The notes beneath the pieces are model-generated. The model was not told the DNA's origin and ran no database searches. It saw nothing but the letters and a program-made list of their open reading frames with translations. Source: Candidatus Saccharimonadota bacterium (GTDB lineage Bacteria > Patescibacteriota > Saccharimonadia > Saccharimonadales > JACDBH01). From it: a DNA stretch of 64,000 nt. The number at the start of each line of letters is the position of its first letter. Position 1 is the first letter of the stretch. Below are positions 57,485-64,000 of this stretch, one piece after another. The position numbers were made by a program, and so were the translations under genes. The stretch covers positions 76,018 to 140,017 of the forward strand of contig JAQGGW010000001.1 in NCBI GenBank assembly GCA_028289135.1. The letters run 5' to 3'.

Positions 57485-60427
57485 TTACGCCTTTTCAATC
57501 CCAACAGAGACAACTTCGCCCTCAACCTTTGTGTCGAGCAGGTGCTTATAGGCCTGTGGGGTCACCACGAGCCCTGTAGCCAGTGTTTCTGCCATAATAG
57601 CGTCTTTGTGCTCCGCAATTGCCGCTTTCAGTTCTACGGCCTCTGTAACCAGCATAAGCTTAATCCGGTCATCCACCTGTAAATCAGCCTTTTTTCTAGC
57701 TGATTGAACCACGCGGACAATCTCACGCATCAGGCCTTCGCTTTTGAGGGCCGGGGTTAACTTTTTATCAATGTTTACACCCGTCGTACCATTTTGGGTT
57801 GCAAAGTTAGTTACCCGCTTTACGTTCACTTCTTCCTTGATGATTTCCTCAAGCTCCTCACGAAGCTTAACGCCTTTGTACTCCAAGCTAGCAAGCGGCT
57901 GCCGGACCTTAATCGAATCTTCCGTTTCACTCTTTTGCATACGTAGCCCCAGCCCGGTCTCAATTATCTGGCGCGCTTCTTTCATTTGTCCCAACAAAAG
58001 CTCATCAACATGCCCAGCCTCTGGCCAGTCCAAAAGATGCACCGATTCTTCCCCTGTTAAACTGCGGTAAAGCTCCTCGGCCAAAAACGGCGTAAACGGT
58101 GCCATAACCTTGCTCAGCTGCGTCAAAACATAGTGCAAAGTCCTGTAAGCATTGGCTTTGTCGCCATCATCTTCACTTTTCCAGAACCGCTTTCGGCTGC
58201 GGCGGACATACCAGTTCGAAGCATCCTCAATAAACTCCAAAATCGGCTTGGCAGCATTCGGGATGTCATAGGCCTGCATGTGCGTATCCACTTCGGTAAT
58301 CAACTGGTGCACGCGGCTAAGCACCCACACATCCAACGGGTTTTGGCAGTCGGCAGATGGGTCTGCTAAGTCTCCCTTAAATTCCCAGCCATCAACAGAT
58401 GCGTACAGCGTAAAAAAGTCGTACATGTTCCAGACCATCGCCAGCTTGCGGTTAACATCAGACACGTCTTTGTCTTTCAGGCTAAAATCTTCACCATTTA
58501 ACAGAGGTGAACTTAAGAAAAGAAACCGAAGCGCATCGGCGCTAAATTCGTCCATCAAAAGGTTCGGATCGGTGTAGTTGCCTAAACTCTTGCTCATCTT
58601 GCGGCCGTCATTCCCGGCCAGCGTTCCGGTCGTAATAACGTTCTTAAACGCGGCTTTATCAAACAAGCCAACATTTACAACGTGAAGGTAATAAAACCAG
58701 GCGCGTACCTGGCCAACATACTCAGAAATAAAATCACCAGGGAAATTATTCTCAAACTTTTCTTTGTTTTCAAACGGATAATGGAACTGCGCGAACGGCA
58801 TGCTGCCAGATTCAAACCAGCCGTCTAAGACCTTTTCGATCCGCTTATAATGCACGCCGTCTTTATCAAATTCAATCCCATCTACCCATGGGCGGTGGTA
58901 ATCTTCTAGCTCTTTGCCGCTTAACTCTTTTAGCTCGGCGTAGCTGCCCACGACAATCTGTTGCTTCTTGCCATGCTTGTCCAGGCCTTCCCACACGGGC
59001 ATAGCAGTAGCCCAAAAACGGTCACGGCTCAGGTTCCAGTCTGGCGCCGCTTCAATATTCTTTTGGAAACGGCCATGTTTTAAGTGTTCTGGGAACCAGT
59101 TTATATCCTCAGAGTTACGGGCAAACATCTCTTCTTTTTGGTCTTCAACATCAAAAAACCACGATGGCACCGCCCGGTACATAATGCGCTGTTTGCTTCG
59201 CGGATTAAACGGATATTCGTGTTGGATATATTCGATCTTCCAAACAATGCCGCGCTCCAACAAATCTTTGGCAATAAGCTTGTTTGACGACCACACCTCC
59301 ATGCCAGCGTAGTGCGGGACTTCCGGATAATATATGCCGTTTTCATCCAAAGCTTCAACAACACGGATCTTCTTTTGCTTAGCAAGCTCAAAGTCCTCTT
59401 CGCCATAAGCCGGAGCCAAATGTACGATGCCGGTACCGGATTCTGCCGACACATAATCGGCCGCGACTACTTCATAGTCAATACTCTCCGAGTCGTGCAT
59501 AAAAATAGTGTGTGCCATGCGGTAGTCTTTATCAGCAAATAATGGTTCGTATTTTAGGCCAACTAACTCCTTGCCCGAAAAGGTTTTGAGAATTTTATAA
59601 TCTAGAGCCGCGTGTTTTTCATCTGTAAATACTTTTTCAACCAGCTCTTTAGCAACAATTAGTTGTTCACCAGCACATGCAACCAGCGCATATTCCATTG
59701 TTTCATTAACAGCCGCGGCAGTATTGCCAGGCAGCGTCCAGGGTGTGGTTGTCCAAGCCAGCAAAATACGGCCATCTACCAATTTAAACTTCACATAGAC
59801 GCTTGGGTCAGTAACCGTTTGGTAGGCGTCGTTGTCCATTGTTACTTCGTTCTTTGAAACAGGGGTCGCGAACTTGGTGTCATACATCAGCACTTTGTAG
59901 CCTTCGTAAATTTTGCCTTTTTCGTGCAGTGTTTTAAACGCCCACCAGATAGATTCCATGTAGTTTTTGTCCATGGTTTTGTACGCGCCACGGAAGTCGA
60001 CCCAGCGGCCAATCCTGTCAATATAGCTTTCCCACGTCTCGCTGTTTGCGACCATAGAATCACGGGCAGTAATAATGTAATCTTCTAGGCTAATCTTGGT
60101 GCCAATATCACGGCGGTCGGTAATACCCAGCTGCTTTTCAACGAAGTTTTCGGCCGGCAAACCGTGGCTGTCCCAGCCCCACACCCGCTCCACGCGCTTG
60201 CCCTTCATCGTCCAATACCGTGGCACCGCGTCTTTAATGATCGAGCTTAAAAGCGTTCCATGGTGCGGCACACCGGTAATAAAAGGCGGCCCATCATAAA
60301 ATACATAAGCGTTGTCAGCTGGCCGCGCAGCAATAGACTTCTCAAACGTCTGGTTTTCTTTCCAATACGTTACGAGGTCATTTTCATACTCAATCGCCTT
60401 GCGCCGTGTGCCTGCTTTAAACTTCAT
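57485..60427 (-). CDS. ileS: isoleucyl-tRNA synthetase, type 2
   Basis: 980 aa with FYDGPPFITGVPHHGT (HIGH region), GWDSHGLPAE and KMSKSLGNY. Its ATG overlaps the upstream gene's stop (ATGA). Confidence 0.9.
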   Translation of the reverse strand: MKFKAGTRRKAIEYENDLVTYWKENQTFEKSIAARPADNAYVFYDGPPFITGVPHHGTLLSSIIKDAVPRYWTMKGKRVERVWGWDSHGLPAENFVEKQLGITDRRDIGTKISLEDYIITARDSMVANSETWESYIDRIGRWVDFRGAYKTMDKNYMESIWWAFKTLHEKGKIYEGYKVLMYDTKFATPVSKNEVTMDNDAYQTVTDPSVYVKFKLVDGRILLAWTTTPWTLPGNTAAAVNETMEYALVACAGEQLIVAKELVEKVFTDEKHAALDYKILKTFSGKELVGLKYEPLFADKDYRMAHTIFMHDSESIDYEVVAADYVSAESGTGIVHLAPAYGEEDFELAKQKKIRVVEALDENGIYYPEVPHYAGMEVWSSNKLIAKDLLERGIVWKIEYIQHEYPFNPRSKQRIMYRAVPSWFFDVEDQKEEMFARNSEDINWFPEHLKHGRFQKNIEAAPDWNLSRDRFWATAMPVWEGLDKHGKKQQIVVGSYAELKELSGKELEDYHRPWVDGIEFDKDGVHYKRIEKVLDGWFESGSMPFAQFHYPFENKEKFENNFPGDFISEYVGQVRAWFYYLHVVNVGLFDKAAFKNVITTGTLAGNDGRKMSKSLGNYTDPNLLMDEFSADALRFLFLSSPLLNGEDFSLKDKDVSDVNRKLAMVWNMYDFFTLYASVDGWEFKGDLADPSADCQNPLDVWVLSRVHQLITEVDTHMQAYDIPNAAKPILEFIEDASNWYVRRSRKRFWKSEDDGDKANAYRTLHYVLTQLSKVMAPFTPFLAEELYRSLTGEESVHLLDWPEAGHVDELLLGQMKEARQIIETGLGLRMQKSETEDSIKVRQPLASLEYKGVKLREELEEIIKEEVNVKRVTNFATQNGTTGVNIDKKLTPALKSEGLMREIVRVVQSARKKADLQVDDRIKLMLVTEAVELKAAIAEHKDAIMAETLATGLVVTPQAYKHLLDTKVEGEVVSVGIEKA

Positions 60428-61020
60428 AATCCTAACTCCTTAACTTTTTCTACTACTAATTTAGCTATTTTTTGATGATCCGCCTCTGTAAAATGCAATT
60501 TGTCCCCTGCCAACTCCATACTGTTTAAAATAATAACCGGGTAGCCAGATGCCTCAAGCTTTTGAATCAACTCCTGCCGGACCGCTTCATCGGCGTCGTA
60601 ATAATTTTTGTCCGCATCAAAGTTTGCCGGAGTAACATACATAATCTTCGGTACTACTACGTAGTTTCTGCCTTTTAACTCCTCAGTTTTAGCCACGTAC
60701 CACATCAGGTTACTAAATATATCCTCTGCGCTCTGGCCGTACTTTGTCTTAAGATCATTAGCCCCAAGCCCAATAATCACCAAATCCACTGGCGCTGCCG
60801 AACGGTAAATCACCTCAAAAGAATCTTTACCATTTTTAGCAGGATCATCGTGCTCAAAACTGCCCGCTACCCGCCCGCCAAGACCTTCTTGGACTACATA
60901 AAAATCATCGCCCAACAATTTTTTAAGGATATGCGGCCACTGTTGCTCGTGAGGCATGCGTGCGCCCTGGCCCTGAGAGCCCCAGGTATTTGAATCGCCG
61001 TAACAAAGTATAGTTTTCAC
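60424..61020 (-). CDS. SGNH/GDSL-family hydrolase
   Basis: 198 aa with block I ILCYGDSNTWG and block III GLGANDL. Overlaps both neighbouring genes by 4 nt. Confidence 0.85.
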   Translation of the reverse strand: MKTILCYGDSNTWGSQGQGARMPHEQQWPHILKKLLGDDFYVVQEGLGGRVAGSFEHDDPAKNGKDSFEVIYRSAAPVDLVIIGLGANDLKTKYGQSAEDIFSNLMWYVAKTEELKGRNYVVVPKIMYVTPANFDADKNYYDADEAVRQELIQKLEASGYPVIILNSMELAGDKLHFTEADHQKIAKLVVEKVKELGL

Positions 61021-61568
61021 TGTTTATCCCCTTTTCGGCTCATTTTAATGTGCGGGATATTGCCATAAACTGTCTTTCTCTCATCACCTACTACGGCAAA
61101 GCCAACCTTCTGATAAAATCTCTTGGCCCGCTCATTTTCTTCGGCGACCCACAAATAAAGCGGTCGTTCTGCATCAGACCAAGCAATAATCTGATCCATC
61201 AAGCTGTCTGCAATGCCCTCACCTTGGTGGTCTTTGTCGACATATACAGCGCCGACCCGCTGCAAACCTTCTTCGTCAGCACGCCACGGGCGGGCCATTC
61301 CAATAACTTGGCCATCGTTATCTTTGGCCACAAACCATACTTTTTCAGCAGTATCTATATCTTCAACCGTGGCCTCTCTTACAGCTTGCAATGCAGCTTC
61401 GGAGTTATACCTTTCTACCCACGCATCCCGCTCAGCCGGATCCATACCATAGACTTCGCTCCCAACTGATTCGAGCCAAACTCTGGTATACAAAGCCGTC
61501 ATAGACTCAACGTCTTGTGGTTGTAAGCGCTCAACGATGTAGCCTTGATTTAGTTGTTGTTCCGCCAT
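61017..61568 (-). CDS. GNAT-family N-acetyltransferase
   Basis: 183 aa with the acetyl-CoA motif region VDKDHQGEGIADSLMDQ...AKRFYQKVGF. Confidence 0.85.
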   Translation of the reverse strand: MAEQQLNQGYIVERLQPQDVESMTALYTRVWLESVGSEVYGMDPAERDAWVERYNSEAALQAVREATVEDIDTAEKVWFVAKDNDGQVIGMARPWRADEEGLQRVGAVYVDKDHQGEGIADSLMDQIIAWSDAERPLYLWVAEENERAKRFYQKVGFAVVGDERKTVYGNIPHIKMSRKGDKQ

Positions 61569-61583
61569 GTGCTTTATTCCTTA

Positions 61584-61760
61584 AAATAAAAAGTCACCTT
61601 ATTTAGATCCTGGATCCATCACGGTTGACGGAGGTACCATCCAGATTCCTTTAAGGTGACCTTAAAAGCACTTACTTTGCGGGGTTTACGGTTCGCATCC
61701 GGCAGGTTCTACTATCCTTCGATTTCTTCCTGCTGCTCAGTGGTTGATTGCCACTTCTAA
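61584..61760 (-). promoter_or_regulatory. T-box riboswitch-like leader upstream of the GNAT-SGNH-ileS operon
   Basis: mRNA sense: AAUCUGGAUGGUACCUCCG (plus 61629-61647) versus the T-box consensus AAnnnGGGUGGUACCGCG. It has antiterminator-like geometry: CUGGA [UGGUACC bulge] UCC...GGA UCCAG. Flanking GUCACCUUA / UAAGGUGAC arms (61652-61660 and 61593-61601) are followed by UUUUUAUUUU and the AAGGA SD. AUC triplets lie at 61721-61723 and 61746-61748. Confidence 0.65.
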
Positions 61761-61775
61761 CGCATTTCTATACTA

Positions 61776-61804
61776 ATTCTATCTGTCTTACTCTGAAACT
61801 ACAA
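61776..61804 (-). promoter_or_regulatory. candidate promoter for the T-box leader
   Basis: TTGTAG (61804-61799), 17 nt, TAGAAT (61781-61776). Confidence 0.3.
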
Positions 61805-61922
61805 TAGCCTCAGGCTCTTCACGAACAAAGCGTACGTGGTTGCCGTTCCTGCGAAGTGCAGTTTCTGCAACCCTACGTAAACTAGCTACTGAATCCTGGC
61901 ATGCAGGACCTCTGTACCAGTT

Positions 61923-62138
61923 TCAATTCGTAATTGTATCAACAAGTCCCGCCTGAACATCGTTTGATCCGGGTTCAGTTGGAGCAAGTTTCGCCCTCCA
62001 CTCATCACCAGCAATCTCAGCTGCAAGAGTTTCTGGCATATAAGGATCTAAACTAAAGCTAGTACCATCGAATGAGAAGGTATAGCTCTGATAATAGTGT
62101 CCGTCTTGCGGCGGTGTTTCGTGTGCTAAATCTGACAT
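61923..62138 (-). CDS. small hypothetical protein
   Basis: 71-aa ORF, divergent from 62198-62791. No motif recognised. Confidence 0.45.
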   Translation of the reverse strand: MSDLAHETPPQDGHYYQSYTFSFDGTSFSLDPYMPETLAAEIAGDEWRAKLAPTEPGSNDVQAGLVDTITN

Positions 62139-62197
62139 AGAGATATATTATAATCTTTTTCTATATTTTAGTCAACTAATTATGCTATAATCCACCC

Positions 62198-62791
62198 ATG
62201 GCAATGTCGAATGAAGAGTTCAAAAGTAGCGTCTACTCACTTATAGGAAATAACCCTGTTATTTTGGGCGAAGATATAGGCATGCCGGAATCTATCTTGG
62301 CCGCTGTTGTACATACCGATTCCAACCATTTTACAGATATACAAGTCGCAATAGAGTCTGACCCCCTTACGCTATTAGAGGGCAGCTCTTCTCATGGCCA
62401 TTTAAGAAATGTTACCGGCACCTACCCGGGTGGGCCACGCAGAGGCGCATCTGCATATGATGTATATACTTCAGACCAGAGAATACTGTATGTAGACCCC
62501 GTTGAACTTCATCCTCGCCACGGGAATGACCTCGGTAGAAAAGCAATTCTTGAAGCTTTAAGAGATGAAGTAAAGGACATTAGTGATGTACGGTTTGGTG
62601 GATTTAGATCTGTAAGTCGTGAATATATTTCTGCTGTTAGGCTTATTAACCAGGCTGTAACTGTCGCCCGCGAGGCTGAATTCATGCGTGTAGCACCGGG
62701 TAGGGTCCATCTCGCATTTCGTCTGGTTTTAGACGGTTTACGCTCTGAACGATACGTATCACCCGCCGAAGCAATAAGAATTACAAGCTAG
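62198..62791 (+). CDS. hypothetical protein
   Basis: 197-aa ORF with no TM and no motif recognised. Confidence 0.55.
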   Translation: MAMSNEEFKSSVYSLIGNNPVILGEDIGMPESILAAVVHTDSNHFTDIQVAIESDPLTLLEGSSSHGHLRNVTGTYPGGPRRGASAYDVYTSDQRILYVDPVELHPRHGNDLGRKAILEALRDEVKDISDVRFGGFRSVSREYISAVRLINQAVTVAREAEFMRVAPGRVHLAFRLVLDGLRSERYVSPAEAIRITS

Positions 62792-62799
62792 CTACTGAT

Positions 62800-62926
62800 T
62801 GAATCAGTGATTTATGTGGATGCAGAGCAAGGCGCCAGCGAAGCGCGGACCGAGCCGTATCAATAATACGGTGAGGGAGCACTGGAGTTGGCAACGCAGC
62901 TATGCGCCACATAAATCATTGATTAG
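62800..62926. repeat. long imperfect hairpin element, copy B (homologous core with copy A)
   Basis: Outer arms AATCAGTGATTTATGTGG and CCACATAAATCATTGATT. The core, GGATGCAGAGCAAGGCGCCAGCGAAGCGCGGACCGAGCCGTATCAATAATACGGTGAGGGAGCACTGGAGTTGGCAACGCAGCTATGCGCC, aligns with copy A. It sits between convergent genes and overlaps the stop of 62916-63182. Confidence 0.6.
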
Positions 62927-63182
62927 CGAAGTAAGCGACTTCGTTCATAAGCGGCATCTGCCCCGCGTCCCATCGCTGCAAAGTAGCCCCATCGCTACCA
63001 ATAGCGATTACGGTTGGGTACTGCACCACGTCATAAACATCAGCCTCACGGCTGCCAGCAATGCTGTCTACATCTGTTAAAGTCAGCTCCAACTCCGGAT
63101 AACGCCGCTTAAACTCATGGATAAACTCATCCACCAAGCGGTGTTCTTCCGAATCCAAACGGTAAAAGATAAGCACTTTCAT
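62916..63182 (-). CDS. small protein, possibly thioredoxin-fold-like but without CxxC
   Basis: 88 aa: MKVLIFYRLDSEEHRLVDEFIHEFKRRYPELELTLTDVD...YPTVIAIGSDG. The fold assignment is a weak impression only. Confidence 0.5.
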   Translation of the reverse strand: MKVLIFYRLDSEEHRLVDEFIHEFKRRYPELELTLTDVDSIAGSREADVYDVVQYPTVIAIGSDGATLQRWDAGQMPLMNEVAYFANQ

Positions 63183-63197
63183 GGTTATCAGTATAGC

Positions 63198-63877
63198 TTA
63201 GTTCTGAGGTTCAGGAAAAGCCATGAATAAACGCGTATCATAGCGATGCCATTCTTCACCAACCATAAAGTCATGCTCACTAGGCTTAAGAGTTGGGCGA
63301 TGTATACGTTCCAGCTTACCAGTTTTTTTATTTAGCTCTTCGCTCTTTGGCCTTACTATAAAAGCGCCAGCACGGGCGTATGTAATAACCGCTGCGGCAT
63401 TACTAGCCCAGGTTTCTAGCCCAGTTCCTTCTTGAACTTCAGGTACATCACCATGTAACGCATATATTGCTTCAAGTGTTGCCTGTACGACTAGTAAGCC
63501 AGATTTTCTCTAACTGTTGAACGAAATGCAGTAGTTACAGGGTGATTTGGTAATTCGTCTTCCCTTTGTACGCCAGCCCATGAGTAGGCCTTCAGTTCGC
63601 CTTCGGCGATCGTACGGAAATTAATGAAAGTCCTGCCTTTTTCGAGCCAGCCAGCATTAAAACGTTTGCCTGCCTTATCATTTGGGCAAAACTCAACAAT
63701 ATCGTCCAGGTTTGCTAGTCCCATTATTTCCGGAAATTCTGCCTCTGTAAGCCCATAGCTCGCTCTTAAACCTAGTTCTGCTAAACCAGCAACTACACGG
63801 CAACCAGTTTCACTTTGGCTTAAAACACCATCGAGCGGAATAGATTCTTCAGAAAAAGTAATAGGAAAGGCTGACAC
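63198..63877 (-). pseudogene. frameshifted gene (128-aa ORF plus a 104-codon start-less continuation in another frame)
   Basis: ORF 63491-63877 ends ...VRENLAY*. A second frame is open from 63509 to the TAA at 63198-63200. It encodes RKSGLLVVQATLEAIYALHGDVPEVQEGTGLETWASNAAAVITYARAGAFIVRPKSEELNKKTGKLERIHRPTLKPSEHDFMVGEEWHRYDTRLFMAFPEPQN and has no plausible start codon. The two frames overlap across an A4 run (GAGAAAATC). Confidence 0.55.
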
Positions 63878-64000
63878 CTTTTTAACTCCAATATTAATTA
63901 ACTATATTATACAACTATTATAGTTAATTGCATGCAATTTAGTGGTGAGCTTGAGCCAAATCTAGAGATGAGATGCCTAAAAAGATAAGCACTTTCAGGG

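Noticed and set aside
61017-61568. The GNAT gene, considered as a tRNA-acetylating toxin (TacT/ItaT-like) because it is co-transcribed with ileS behind a T-box.
   Set aside because: There is no small antitoxin ORF adjacent. The gene overlaps the downstream hydrolase as an ordinary operon member. Nothing in the sequence distinguishes it from generic GNATs, so the idea is unsupported speculation.
62814-63080. Plus-strand 88-aa ORF starting inside hairpin element B.
   Set aside because: It overlaps the better-supported minus-strand 88-aa gene. Its 5' part is the hairpin core, and the homologous copy A is in a different frame because of an indel.

Overview
The gene content of this 64-kb chromosomal segment suggests a reduced-genome, Gram-positive-type CPR/Patescibacteria organism, probably Saccharibacteria-like. 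This is an inference from: a short 198-aa EF-Ts, a Cys-less type-B L31, a type-2 IleRS, an LCP/signal-peptidase/HtrA envelope set, no pyrH/uppS/cdsA in the rpsB-tsf-frr-rseP block, and giant repeat proteins.

Layout:
(i) 1-21 kb holds housekeeping and envelope genes (rseP, frr, tsf, rpsB, rpmE, prfA, prmC, htrA-like, LCP, lepB, parB, parA, a beta-lactamase-like hydrolase). AT-richer orphan ORFs of 387 aa (HExxH), 76 aa and 1070 aa interrupt them.
(ii) 21.7-55.7 kb is a ~34-kb, almost entirely minus-strand cluster. It encodes five giant secreted repeat proteins (2881, 1593, 1040, 1613 and 3203 aa), a secreted pentapeptide-repeat protein and a 153-aa lectin-like ORF. This is about half the window.
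(iii) 56-64 kb holds rplU, a T-box-led GNAT-SGNH-ileS operon, small orphans and a frameshifted gene.

Most interesting signals:
- Three giant genes share a conserved 5' cassette: upstream paired motifs, promoter, a leader hairpin with compensatory changes, and an N-terminal module.
- Each of the three also carries an unrelated but equally placed terminator-like hairpin plus U tract inside its first ~50 codons.
- The giant proteins are mosaics of shared cassettes.
- A family of long imperfect hairpin elements is present; two copies are homologous and show compensatory substitutions.
- The T-box leader sits in front of GNAT-SGNH-ileS.

No rRNA, tRNA, CRISPR array, transposase or integrase was recognised. 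All domain names come from motif recognition by eye. No BLAST/HMM, folding-energy or GC calculation was run.
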